From: an uncultured candidate division Zixibacteria bacterium | Lineage (GTDB): Bacteria > Zixibacteria > MSB-5A5 > UBA10806 | Length of the DNA: 64,000 nucleotides | Direction: 5' to 3' | NCBI GenBank assembly: GCA_963801605.1 | Contig: CAWDFP010000007.1 | Location: forward strand, 288,001 to 352,000 | In this document: piece after piece, positions 32,633 to 43,858 of the stretch | Layout: the number at the start of each line of letters is the position of its first letter | Numbering within the stretch: the stretch's first letter is position 1 | The notes under the pieces: model-generated | Seen by the model: only the letters and a program-made list of their open reading frames with translations | The model's database searches: none | Told to the model about the DNA's origin: nothing | Translations under genes and position numbers: made by a program

Positions 32633-34361
32633 GATAAATAACTCCGCGTCCATGTGTGCCATCGATCTTCACCTGCAAAGGCGCTGTCAGCTTGATGTGG
32701 CGCACGTATGACGTTTCTTCTTTTGTCGGTTGTTTGCTCAACCAGTCCCAATCTATTTTATGCCCGGAATAATGCGGCAGCGAAAAATATCCTACTTGAG
32801 AACTTATGACGTTATGGAAAAAATGCGAGCCTTGCGACAGCTCTATATTCATATCGGGAAGCGACGCCTCCACGATAACCTTGGCGCCCGAAATTTGCCA
32901 CCAGTTTACCGGGATGCCAAACGGCGGATCAGTCGTCCCCAGCCGCCCGAACACAATCAGCAGATATTGCGACCCTCCGGCGATTAGCTGATGATTTATC
33001 GCCTCAAATTCTGACGCTATAATATGGCTTTCATTTTCGTTGAAACCGGCCTTCTTAAGATAAACCACGTCGGTGATATTATTCATGGCGCCGTTGCCAA
33101 GAGCATCCTCCGAGGCCAATAGAACATTCGGTTTTTCCAAATCCTCCATTTCAACCGTGACAACCGCACGCGAGACAAACATCGGACGAACTTGCAGCAG
33201 GCCGAAACGGCCGCCTCCTTCACCGTCGCTATTAAGTGTTACCGCAAACTCCATCTCGACCTGATGCCCCATTACATCTTCACACAACTTGAGAAGATTT
33301 TTTATGAGTTCGTTTAACGGTATTTCATCTAAATCGAGAATAGGAGCGAATGTCAATATTCGTGGCCCTCGGCCAGTCATACCGATAATCAGCCGGTCGT
33401 TTTGAAGATCGTAAGTCGAAACGAGATTATCCAGCACCCCATCTTTTTCTGCTTCAGACAGTTTGACATTGATAAGGTATTCTGTTTCTTTCATGGGATT
33501 ATATTCCGGCGGCTTTCCCATATTGACCGCCCAGAAATCGGTCTGGGTTGCTTTCATCATATCGCCCAGATTCTTATAAGGAGGAATGGCATTGGGATAC
33601 GCCGGCGAATAATTCCAGGTCTTGCCGCCATCGACCACCGTCTTGCCCAATCCCAACGCTAAATTAACGATACCATCCTCTGCTTTGGCATTCCCGGTAT
33701 GATAATAATTGTAGGATCGCGCTACGCCTGATATATGCGGATAAAAACGATCCCCTATTCGATTCCCCACAATCTCCTGTATTATCACCGCCATTCGTTC
33801 ATTTTCGACAGTTTGACCGGTGGTTTTTATATACTCTTTGGCCGCTTTGAAAAAAGTGGCGGCATAAACGAATTTTATCGCCTCTACGAGCGACCGGAAA
33901 CGAGCCTCGGGATCGTGCTGGTTGTTGGGGATCATCTTGGTTTCGTAGACACCGGCAAACGGCTCATGCATGGCGTCCTCAAAAAGGCTTGAGGAGCGAA
34001 TCGCCAGCGGATGATGAATCCTCTGGCTCAGAGCCCAGAGATCGCCCACGATATCGGCCGGTAGATCGGCTTTCAAAAACGGCAAAGAAATCTCTTCATC
34101 AGAGACATCGCTTAACGCCATATCATAAAGATTATTCTGCCGCATGAACTGTTCGAATACATCTGTGGCAATTACGGTCAGGGTGGGGATGCCCAGCGTC
34201 AGGCCGTGCAGCCCTTTGGGATCGATCTGGCTTACCAGAGCGTCTTTAATAAATGCCAGCCCCTGTGCTTTTCCGCCGATTGAACCGGAACCGATATATG
34301 AGAAAATGCCGCTTGAATCAACAAGCCGGCGATCGAATGGAGTGAGATTATTTATTGACAA
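32625..34361 (-). CDS. PEP-synthase/PPDK N-terminal (ATP-grasp) domain protein
   Basis: IGGKAQGL, AIRSSSLFED, FAGVYET, EMEFA, LLQVRP, SQGSHFF; no PEP-binding TIM barrel; GGAGG before TTG. Confidence 0.85.
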   Translation of the reverse strand: MSINNLTPFDRRLVDSSGIFSYIGSGSIGGKAQGLAFIKDALVSQIDPKGLHGLTLGIPTLTVIATDVFEQFMRQNNLYDMALSDVSDEEISLPFLKADLPADIVGDLWALSQRIHHPLAIRSSSLFEDAMHEPFAGVYETKMIPNNQHDPEARFRSLVEAIKFVYAATFFKAAKEYIKTTGQTVENERMAVIIQEIVGNRIGDRFYPHISGVARSYNYYHTGNAKAEDGIVNLALGLGKTVVDGGKTWNYSPAYPNAIPPYKNLGDMMKATQTDFWAVNMGKPPEYNPMKETEYLINVKLSEAEKDGVLDNLVSTYDLQNDRLIIGMTGRGPRILTFAPILDLDEIPLNELIKNLLKLCEDVMGHQVEMEFAVTLNSDGEGGGRFGLLQVRPMFVSRAVVTVEMEDLEKPNVLLASEDALGNGAMNNITDVVYLKKAGFNENESHIIASEFEAINHQLIAGGSQYLLIVFGRLGTTDPPFGIPVNWWQISGAKVIVEASLPDMNIELSQGSHFFHNVISSQVGYFSLPHYSGHKIDWDWLSKQPTKEETSYVRHIKLTAPLQVKIDGTHGRGVIYHG

Positions 34362-34481
34362 AGATCAGCCTCCAGGAAATGGAATTGTACCGCTTTCTTG
34401 CCTTAGCGGCACTGATTTATTTTACCGGAATAATCACTCTTGCCGCTTGATTATCCCGGAGATTCCAGCCTGCCCAAACAA

Positions 34482-34511
34482 TACCGGGGTCCATCCATAG
34501 GACCCCGGTAA
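34482..34511 (-). terminator. 11-bp hairpin between gdhA and the ATP-grasp genes
   Basis: taccggggtcc-atccata-ggaccccggta; only weak U-tract (ttgttt) on minus. Confidence 0.6.
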
Positions 34512-34550
34512 TAAATCAATAGAATTTCAAAAAAACAAACTGTTGAATTT

Positions 34551-35838
34551 CTATACCCAACCGCGATCCTTACAGGCTTGCGCAACACGGCTTACGGCAA
34601 CAAGATAGGCCGCATCCCTCATGTAAAGCTTGCGCTTGTCGGCCAGGTCCTTGACCGCATGGAACGCCGATGTCATCTTGACATCGAGCTTGCCCAGAAC
34701 CTCATCCTTTTCCCAGAAGTAGTTCATGTTGCTCTGAACCTGTTCGAAATAACTGCATGTCACGCCGCCGGCGTTTGCCAGGAAATCGGGAATGACGAAA
34801 ATGTTGCGTTCCTGAATTATCTTGTCTGCTTCAGGAGTGGTCGGACCATTAGCGCCCTCGGCAATGATCTTGACAGTCTTCTTAATCTTGCCGACATTCT
34901 CGCCGGTAATCTGGTTTTCGATTGCCGCCGGAATCAGGATATCAACATCCTGTTCAAGCCAGGCCTCGCCAGGAAGAATCTCGTAACCCATGCTCTTGGC
35001 TTTGTTCTTATCGATACCGCCGAAACGATCGGTAATCGTCAATAAGCGCGTTCGGATCAACGCCATCGTTCTTCTTGAACGAGTAAGATGTTTGATCGTT
35101 TTGATCCCAGCAGGATACGCAAATCACCTTACCGCCAATTTGCTGGTAAAGCCTGATAGCATACTGAGCCACATTGCCAAATCCCTGGACGCTGGCAGTT
35201 GTCTGATCCGGCTTGATACCCATTTCTCTCAGGGCCTCGCGAACGGTGTAGATAACGCCATATCCGGTAGCTTCCGTGCGACCCAGAGAGCCGCCCATGC
35301 CAACCGGCTTACCGGTGATCAGGCCGGGCATCTTCTGACCGTGAATGGCCTCATATTCATCGAGCATCCAGAGCATGTGCTGGGCGTTGGTCATAACGTC
35401 GGGAGCCGGAACGTCCGTATTGGGGCCAACATTTCTGGCCAGTTGACGAACCCAGCCGCGGCAGATTTGTTCTTGTTCCCTGGCGCTGAGATTATGCGGA
35501 TCGCAAATTACTCCGCCTTTGCTGCCGCCCAACGGAATATCGACTACCGAGCATTTCCAGGTCATCCACATGGAAAGCGCTCTGACCGTATCGATTGTCT
35601 CTTGCGGGTGGAAACGAATACCGCCCTTGCCCGGCCCTCTGGCGTCATTGTGCTGTACGCGGAAACCGCGGAAGATTTTGATTTTACCGTCATCCATGTG
35701 CACCGGGATGCTGAATTGATATTCTCTCATCGGATTGCGTAAAAGCTCCCTGGTGCCCTCATCGAGATTGAGAAATTCGGCCGCTTTGTCAAACTGCGTC
35801 TGAGCCATGACAAAGGGGTTAAAAGCCTTACTGCTCAT
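34551..35838 (-). CDS. gdhA: Glutamate dehydrogenase (Glu/Leu/Phe/Val family); frameshift near 35044
   Basis: [45 protein letters not shown]; 428 aa after deleting 1 nt. Confidence 0.9.
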
Positions 35839-36243
35839 CTATTTTCTCCCTTCAAAGACGTTAATATTGCTGATATTTTGAAGCTGTCATGCTGTGTCAT
35901 CGTTAACAGCAGACAATAGTAGTTAATTTCATATTGATGAATACATTCACCGATCAACTATCGTCAAGCTAAAAAGCTGCACAGCATCAAAATAAAATCA
36001 CCTTCACTTGTGAAAAAAATAACTTATTCGTCATTTTTTGTCAAGTAGATTACTAATATTATTCGGCTTTTTTCGCAATATCAAAATGGCTCCAAATACG
36101 TCTGGAACTTTAACGGATAGAATCTATAGTCTTATTCCTTTTAATGGGTTACAGCCAATAGCCAAAATTAGATTTTCGTCATATTTGGCCTCTATTTAAT
36201 TGCATTTCGATATTATTATCGAAACGCCCCATAATTTTTCCCT

Positions 36244-36291
36244 AAAAAAAGTGTCGGGTTTCTATCGCTTATCAGCTACTCGAAACCCGAC
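36244..36291 (-). terminator. Rho-independent terminator
   Basis: gtcgggtttc/gaaacccgac stem, U7 tract on minus strand. Confidence 0.7.
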
Positions 36292-36324
36292 CCATTTCCA
36301 ATATTGTGGACTACGCTTATTACA

Positions 36325-38723
36325 TCAGCGCAGGCAATGCCCGTCGATTAGTTGCGGCCCACCCTTAAAATAACTCACCATATAGGTAACATCAAGCCCG
36401 TTGACCGTACATGATCCGTTGGCATCGGCCTCCGGGTAAAAGCCGTTGACATTAAGCGGCGGCGGCGGCCCACCCTTAAGATAACTTACAAAATATACCA
36501 CATCCAAACCATTGGCCGCGCCGGAATGATTTACATCACCCACTATATAAACTAAATGACCCTCTACGTTGATATCGAATTCAAATACCGTCGAATACGA
36601 TGACCACCCGGATGCGTTGCCAGCCTTGACTCTCCAATAATAGTGATCATTCCCGAGCGAATCAATATTTACGTATTGCGAAATCGCCAACGCAGTATCG
36701 GAAAGTAGCGGAGCCGAAAATACCTGGTCGCTGTCAATCTGAATAGCATAACGAAGCGCCATCGCGGGATCGTTCCAGTCGAAATTGATAAAGGCGCTGC
36801 CGGATACGAATCCGTTTACGGGCGTTAAGAGAGTCGGCGCCTCAGGAGGAGGCAACGTGATCTGGATCGCGAAATGCCATACCGTACTTCTTGATGAATA
36901 ACCCGCGGTGTTAAACGCCGTCACTCGCCAGTAGTAAGTGCCCGCAGTAAATGCGCCCATATTACGATAATTGGAGACTGCCAGACTTGAATCAATTTCA
37001 AAGGGACTCGCAAAACTAATGTCATGCGCAATCTCTACAATATAACCCGTTGCATTGGTCGAATTGGACCAATCGAAATTGAGCGCCATTGAATCGTTGA
37101 ATGTTGATGCATTTGTCGGCAGCAGTAGGGTTGGCGTCAAAGGCAGCGGAGGTGGCGTAGCCTGAATTGTAAAATTCCAAACAGCGCTCCTCGATGAGTA
37201 CCCCGAGCTATTATGAGCTGTTACCCGCCAGTAATATGTTCCCAAACCGAAATTAATTTCATTTCTATAGGTGGAAACCGTTATCGTCGAGTCGCAATCG
37301 TAGCATGAGGCGAAAGTTTGGGATGTGGAAATTTCGATCACATAACTCGTCGCCCCGGCAACATCGCCCCAATCAAAATTGAGCGCCAGAGAGTCGTTGA
37401 AGGTTGTAGCGTTTGCAGGATACGATAATACCGGTGTACCCGGAAGCGAGCCCGATGGCCGAAGTCTTACATTTGTAACGGTTGGAGCCGAGTTATTGAC
37501 TACCACTCCGGTAATCGTTTTTGTCACATAACCGGTTTTGGAAACGATCAGCGTGTACGTTCCCGGATCGATCAGACGGTTGTAGCGTCCGCTGTTGATT
37601 CTCGTAAGCCGAGGATTAATATCTGCGCTGGTAGCCTGTTGGACCTCAACCTCAGCTTCTAATGGCGAGCCGGTTAATCGAATCTGTCACCGTGCCTGTC
37701 AAACGGGCGAAGCCTGATCGGCGCAGCAGGTAATACATTCCCGCCCGATTTCGCTGGCAAATTGAATCAACTTGCGATGTATCCTGAATGGTTGTATCGG
37801 AAACCTCGCAAGACAAGGAGGCAGGTCCCGAAATTGCGCGTAGAAATATGTCTTGAAATCGCCTTTGTTGACCAACGCCCGTCTGGCCTCGTAGGTCGAA
37901 TCGCCAGTATCGTTAATAATTGAACCGGCGAAACCGATCGCCAATATGTAGCATGCTGATTGTTCGTCAGGCGCCATGCCGATGCCGCCATCGCTGGGAT
38001 ACCAGTACCAGTTATAATAAATCTTTTCTGATCGGCCATACGTTGGAGAATGATAATCAACCGCCACCAGCGGTTTATATTTCAGGCCGAAATCGCGCAA
38101 CGCGCTGCTTTCAGCTTCGGAGTAAGGAGAACGGCCCTTTATACATCAGGCTTTCCGGAGTGATCCGCCCGGAGCCATTATCGATACTCCAGCCGAAATC
38201 ATAATTGCGGTTATTGTCAACGCCGTCATGGTAATCAAATATGCCGTTATGATTATTATCGGTCTTATTCTTGCGCCAATCGGTATCACCATCTTCGACC
38301 ACAATATGACCCTCGGGATTCATCAAACGGGACTACAGAAAATTTCGTAATTATTCACATATCGAATAACGGCCGTATCTCCGGTATTATATTTGGTCAC
38401 GATATCTTCGCAGAAAGAGATAACTATTTCCGGGCCTAGTATTTCATCGGCATGAACGCCGCCGTAAAGAGAATCGCGGGTTCATCTTCCTCAGCTGAGA
38501 CATTATCGGAGATCTTCAGGCATATAGATAGTAAGGCTGTCGCGGTTGGAATAATCCTATGGAATCAAGCGAGCAGATCGAGGGATTGGCGTCGGCCAGC
38601 GCTTGAAGCTCCGCCATGGTTCCTGCGTAGGTATGATATTTATGGAGGCAGCGCTTGAGCCGAGTTGGCTGCAAAAACAGACAAGAGCGTAGCCAGTGTA
38701 CTGAACTTTAGCAATTTTTTCAT
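36325..38723 (-). pseudogene. Secreted M14 zinc carboxypeptidase + Ig/FN3-like repeats + dockerin-like tail; many frameshifts in 37600-38650 (probably sequencing errors)
   Basis: Signal peptide at 38723; pieces in alternating frames: YHTY, KISDN...EP, GVHADE, NPEG..WRKN, DNNRNY, DYHS; intact 3' part has three YYWRV repeats and two (G/A)DxNxS...NGLDV repeats. Confidence 0.75.
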
Positions 38724-38807
38724 ACGTTTGATTTCGGCAGCATCGAATCGATTTTGAGCCCCGGCCAATGGGGGAAAGCGTGACAAAATTATATCCTTTG
38801 AATTAAG

Positions 38808-38893
38808 TGCCGGAGGTCGGAATCGAACCGACACGGGGTTTAAGCCCCACTGGATTTTGAGTCCAGCGCGTCTGCCAGTTTCACCACTCCGGC
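38808..38893 (-). tRNA. tRNA-Leu(CAA)
   Basis: GCCGGAG/CTCCGGC acceptor stem, ctgga-CTCAAAA-tccag anticodon arm, long variable arm, GGTTCGATTCC; CCA not encoded. Confidence 0.95.
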
Positions 38894-38915
38894 ACAAACA
38901 ACGAAGCGTTACCAT

Positions 38916-38946
38916 ATTATAGTCTAATGTTAGAACGAGATGTCAA
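38916..38946 (-). promoter_or_regulatory. Sigma-70-type promoter for tRNA-Leu
   Basis: TTGACA-N19-TATAAT; both hexamers perfect, spacer long. Confidence 0.5.
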
Positions 38947-39112
38947 GAGTAAGAAAAACCTGAAGTAATTTGTTTTTCGATGCGGCCCCAGCGGAATTAA
39001 CTGCATTTTGGTGTTGATAAATTTATGGCGTCAGGCCCGGTCGTTTTTTTCGACTCCCTGAACCTGACGCCTGTGAAAAGTTATTGCGATAGCGTTGGCC
39101 TGTCTAATCGAA

Positions 39113-39658
39113 TTAATCTTCCTTGCCTCGCCTCTCGCCTTCTCGGTTCTCCTGACCGTAGGTATTCTTATAACCCTGGAATTGCTCCGGAGTCATCTTT
39201 GGCAGCAGGCGTACGAAAGCCGTAACTTGCCAGAGCGTGCTATCAGGAATTGCCACGCCATAGGCCGGCATCCCGGTCATTTTAATACCGTTTTTGGCAA
39301 TCCAGAATATCTCAGCGTCGCTCTGATCTGCTACGCCTTCTTTTAGGTCCGGCGGTTCCGGATTAAAGCCTTTAACCATCCCTCCCGGTTTTTCTCCCGG
39401 TGCCCCATGGCATCCGATACACATCATGCTGTATTGCTTGAATCCGGCTATTACTAATGTCGTATCCGATAAATCGGGAGCTTGAATGGATTTTGAATAG
39501 TGCTCAACAGAATTATCCATTACCGTCGAAAACAACCAGCTCCTTAGCTTTCCTTCGGGTTTCAGCGCCGAAACATCATACATTCCCGAATAGATAAAAG
39601 CCAATCCCGCGGCTGCCACCACCACAATTACCGCAATGACGGTCCAAACAATTTTCAT
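39113..39658 (-). CDS. Membrane-anchored monoheme cytochrome c
   Basis: N-terminal TM; CIGCH; IFWIAKNGIKMTGMPAY. Confidence 0.88.
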   Translation of the reverse strand: MKIVWTVIAVIVVVAAAGLAFIYSGMYDVSALKPEGKLRSWLFSTVMDNSVEHYSKSIQAPDLSDTTLVIAGFKQYSMMCIGCHGAPGEKPGGMVKGFNPEPPDLKEGVADQSDAEIFWIAKNGIKMTGMPAYGVAIPDSTLWQVTAFVRLLPKMTPEQFQGYKNTYGQENREGERRGKED

Positions 39659-39829
39659 CTTTCCTCCGATTATTGAAAATTTATCGAAATCTCATAGTAG
39701 AAATGATCTTTGGTTTTATAATGTTCCAGAAATCTACTCGCAATACAATATAATTTTGTAATCAATAATCAAGGATGTCAAGGATAAACTGATTTTAATA
39801 GAATTATGGGATTATTAATTGTAGCTTTA

Positions 39830-41500
39830 TCACCGTTGATCCGCATCATCCAGAAAGCTCTTAATCTTTTCCGGCTCGAGCGACCCAAACGGAAGCTGGC
39901 AACCATGCTCGGTCAGCTTCTGACGAAAAGCTACTACTAAATCCAACGGCAAATCTATTTCGCGCATATATTTTTGATTGGAGAAAAACTCTACTGCTGA
40001 AACATCGTACGCCATTCGCCCCGATCTTAATCCCACGACCCTATCGGCCAATCGAGAAATGAAATAAAGATCATGCCCGGCAACAAGAACCCCTTTCCCC
40101 TCTTCAGCTAAGTTCGATATTATCGAAATCAACTCTTCCTGAGAATGGGGATCCAAAAATGCCGACGGTTCATCGAGAATGATATATTCGGGATTGGCTG
40201 ATAGAATCGCCGCTATTGAAAGTTTGCGTTTTTCACCGCCCGAAAGGGTATCGACAATCCTATTCTCAAAACCACCCAGACCGACCCGCTTCAAAAACGC
40301 GGTTATATCGACTTTTTCCATTCCGAAATTTCGTAAACCGAAAGTAATATCGTCCCTGACCGTCGGGCCAATCATAGCCAGATCGGGAAGCTGCCAGGTG
40401 ATTCCGATTTTAGAGCGTAGTTCTCTCATACTGTAACTTGCAAGCGGCTTGCCTGCATATTCGATTAGACCCGAATCATATCCAATTAATCCCGAGAGCA
40501 GAAACGCCAATGTAGATTTGCCGGAGCCTGTCGCCCCCAACAACCCAACAACTTCGCCTTTGGAAAGATTTAGCTTTTCAATTTCCAAAGAAAATTCGGA
40601 TTGGGGATATTGAAAATGCAGATTTTCGATTTTAAGCGCGTTTTCGCTTAAATGTTTATGCCTTCTAATCGCCCCGCTTGAATAAGAAGTATTAACGGTT
40701 TTAATCCTCGAACAATAGGTTTTAATTGACGATTCATCATTCCACTCAAAACCAAATGATCTTCTGAATCTTGATTTAACCGATGGTAATACCTTATGTT
40801 CTTTAAACATTTCATAATCATCATTTAATTGACTTGCAGGACAATCCAGCGCCAATTTGCCGTTTTCAAGAATACAAATCCTCTCTGCCCGTTCGGCCTC
40901 ATCGGGATATTGCGTAATATGAAGAATCGTTAATCCTTCCTTATGATTCCTATCGAGATAACCCAAAAGCAGATTCTTAAAATAGCGATCCAGAAAAGTG
41001 GTCGGTTCGTCGAGAAGCAAAATTTCAGGCTCGACTGCCAGGGCGCAAGCTAAATTGACTATCTGCATCTGTCCGCCGGATAAACTTTCCGGCTTTTGAT
41101 TGAGAATGGCGGCCAGGTTAAACTGCTCAATTATCGATTGTAATCGTTTTTGCTGTTCCTGATATGACAACCCCAGGTTTTGCAATACCGATACTATTTC
41201 GGTCTTTACATCTCTCATCAGGAACTGACCTTCCGGCTCCTGGAATACTACCCCTGCTTTACCGAAGAAATCATAACCGAAACTACCCAGCCGGACGGGT
41301 TTGCCTAAAAATATTATCTGTCCGGCGTCCGCTTGTACCATTCCGCAGATAGCCTTAATGAGAGTCGACTTGCCTGATCCGTTTGGGCCCAGAACAGCAA
41401 CATATTCCCCCCGTCTTATTTTTAACGATAAAGACGAAAGGGCTTGAATCGTCTCCGGGCCCGAACCGTAGCTAATATTGATTTTATCTATATCGATCAT
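39830..41500 (-). CDS. Fused double ATPase of ECF-type transporter (EcfA/CbiO-like)
   Basis: Two NBDs: GPNGSGKS/VFQEP/LSGGQ/LDEP and GATGSGKS/WQLP/LSGGE/LDEP. Confidence 0.85.
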   Translation of the reverse strand: MIDIDKINISYGSGPETIQALSSLSLKIRRGEYVAVLGPNGSGKSTLIKAICGMVQADAGQIIFLGKPVRLGSFGYDFFGKAGVVFQEPEGQFLMRDVKTEIVSVLQNLGLSYQEQQKRLQSIIEQFNLAAILNQKPESLSGGQMQIVNLACALAVEPEILLLDEPTTFLDRYFKNLLLGYLDRNHKEGLTILHITQYPDEAERAERICILENGKLALDCPASQLNDDYEMFKEHKVLPSVKSRFRRSFGFEWNDESSIKTYCSRIKTVNTSYSSGAIRRHKHLSENALKIENLHFQYPQSEFSLEIEKLNLSKGEVVGLLGATGSGKSTLAFLLSGLIGYDSGLIEYAGKPLASYSMRELRSKIGITWQLPDLAMIGPTVRDDITFGLRNFGMEKVDITAFLKRVGLGGFENRIVDTLSGGEKRKLSIAAILSANPEYIILDEPSAFLDPHSQEELISIISNLAEEGKGVLVAGHDLYFISRLADRVVGLRSGRMAYDVSAVEFFSNQKYMREIDLPLDLVVAFRQKLTEHGCQLPFGSLEPEKIKSFLDDADQR

Positions 41501-41526
41501 AAAAAAAGCCCCGACTTAGTCGGGGC
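41501..41526 (-). terminator. Rho-independent terminator after gcvPB
   Basis: gccccgac/gtcggggc plus U7 on minus, abutting the next ATG. Confidence 0.8.
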
Positions 41527-41534
41527 ATTTGGTT

Positions 41535-43005
41535 TTAACCTTTATAGGAGATGTCGGGTTCGCGCGCGGCTGCGGCCTCGTCAAGACGAGAAACCGGCGT
41601 GTTATGCGGCGCAGATCGAACTACTTCAGGATCTTTTTCAACTTCGTCCGCGATCTGAAGCATTAACTCGATATAATTATCGAGCGATGCTTTACTTTCG
41701 CTTTCGGTTGGTTCGATCATGATAGCCTCATGTACGATTAGAGGGAAATAAACCGTGGGCGAGTGCACCCCGAAATCCAGAATCCTCTTAGCGATATCGG
41801 CTGTCCTGGCTCCCATCGCTTTTTGTTTGCTTCCGGAAAGCACAAACTCATGCAATGTGCAGCCCGTATATGGCAGTTCATACCTGTGACGAAGCTTCTC
41901 GCGCATATAATTGGCATTGACGATAGCGGCTTCGGAAACTTCGCGCAAACCCGGCCCGCCCATCTGACGAATGTAGCAATAGGCGCGAATCAGGTTGGCT
42001 ATATTGCCGTAGAAGCTATGCACCGGACCGATCGAAAGCGGACGTTTATAATCAAGGAAATATACGGTCTTGCCCTTTTTATCCTCACGTTTGGAAATAA
42101 TCGGCGATGGCAAAAACGGCGCTAAATTGGATTTTACTCCCAGTGCGCCCGCGCCCGGTCCGCCGCCGCCATGCGGTGTGGAAAACGTTTTATGCATGTT
42201 AAAATGCATAATATCAAATCCGCTGTCGCCGGGACGAGTCAGCCCCAGTAAGGCGTTGAGGTTGGCGCCATCCATATATAGAAGCGCCCCGCAGCCATGC
42301 ACTAATTGAGCGATTTCCTTGATATCCGTTTCATACAAACCAAGCGTATTCGGATTGGTAATCATGAAGGCCGCCATATCGTCATTGCAGACTTCGGCCA
42401 ATTTCTGAAGATCAACCTTGCCCTCGGAATTGGATGGTATCTGTATGACTTCATATCCCGCCATTACTACCGATGCCGGATTCGTTCCATGCGCGGAATC
42501 GGGAAGTACCACTTTGGTTGGATTTCGCTTATTGTGCTCATGGTACGCACTTAATCATGAGGAGCGCTGTAAATTCGCCATGTGCACCGGCCACGGGCTG
42601 CATTGTTACGGCATCCATGCCGGAAATCTCCGCCAGCATAATCTGAAGCTCATCCAGCAGCTCCAGGGTGCCCTGCACCAGATGATCCGGGTAATGCGGA
42701 TGAGCCTCCGTGAATCCGGGAAGCCGCGCCAGGTTCTCATTGATTTTGGGATTGTACTTCATGGTACAGGAACCAAGCGGGTACATATGTTTGTCGATAT
42801 GATGGTTTTTGATTGAAAGCGCTATAAAGTGGCGCATAACCTCAGGCTCTGAAACCGATGGCAAATCAGCTGGTACCTTCCTCAGAAAATCCTGCGGAAT
42901 AACATCAGCCGCCGCCACTTCGGGGACATCCAGTTCGGGCAACGAGATGCCCTCGGTGCCGGAGGTGGAAAGATCGAAAATTAATTTATCGTACTCTAAA
43001 CTCAT
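41535..43005 (-). CDS. gcvPB: Glycine dehydrogenase (decarboxylating) subunit 2; frameshift near 42549
   Basis: YPLGSCTMKYNP, QPVAGAHGE, SAHGTNPAS, HFNMHKTFSTPHGGGGPG; junction aag [t] gcg tac. Confidence 0.92.
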
Positions 43006-43858
43006 TGTTTCTCCTCCAAGTCGGCCAAACGTTTCTGAACCCACTGGTTTCGGCCTTCCGGGTATTTTTGCAAATAATCTCTATACAAAACCAACGCGCC
43101 TTTTTCATCACCTGATAAAGCCGTGTAATAACCGAGCATGGCGCTGGCGTCATCGGCCTCCCGTGACGTTGGGTATTTTGTGATAATATCCTGGCAGGTG
43201 GCGATAGCGGTTTTATAATCCTTTGATTCCGCTTGAGCCATCGATATTCCCTTCCAGGATCGTGAGGCGTAACCCCGTCGATTCTCAGGATCAAGCGCGA
43301 TAACTCTGATGGTAAAATTCTATGGCGCTTGCGATATTGTGTTCGTCCCAAATATTTTCCTGCAATAGTTAAAAGATATTCAGGATTATCCGGCTCATCC
43401 TCTAAGCGAGTCAGGTAATCTTCCAAAGTCTCTTTGCCCTGCAGGAAAAGATGTACCTGATTGTAGAATTCCGTGGCATCCATGTATCCTTCGATACGAT
43501 CAATCTCCGCGCCATCCGATTTTGCAATCACAGTGGTGGGATAGCCTGTTATCCCGAACCTTTCCGCCAACGCAGATTCAGTTTCGGCGTCGATTCTTAC
43601 GAAGATAAAATCGTTGGCCATCGAGATGATCAACGAATCCGCGAATGTAAGCGTATCGAAATCCTGGCAGTGTTGACACCAACTGGTATCGGCATAGAAT
43701 TCGATTATAAGCGGTAACTTGGCTTGAGCGGCCTGGCTTCTGGCGGTTTCAAAATCGTGCAGGAATGTAATCTGAGATGGGAGCGGCTTTGATTTTAACT
43801 GACAGCCGGCCGTCATAGCCAAAACCACCAGCATTAAAAATAAAGCTATCCGCTTCAT
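43002..43858 (-). CDS. Thioredoxin-fold + TPR lipoprotein; two shifts near 43310-43330
   Basis: Lipobox TAGC; WCQHC; GYPT; TPR-like C-terminus (KAIEFY.RVIALDP; YLQKYPEG) after removing 2 nt. Confidence 0.75.

Noticed and set aside
29444..34361. Calling the two ATP-grasp genes ppsA/ppdK
   Set aside because: No canonical TSHAA motif and no PEP/pyruvate-binding barrel
38640..38915. 91-aa ORF as called
   Set aside because: Its 5' part runs through tRNA-Leu; only the part from ATG 38723 is credible, as the M14 signal peptide
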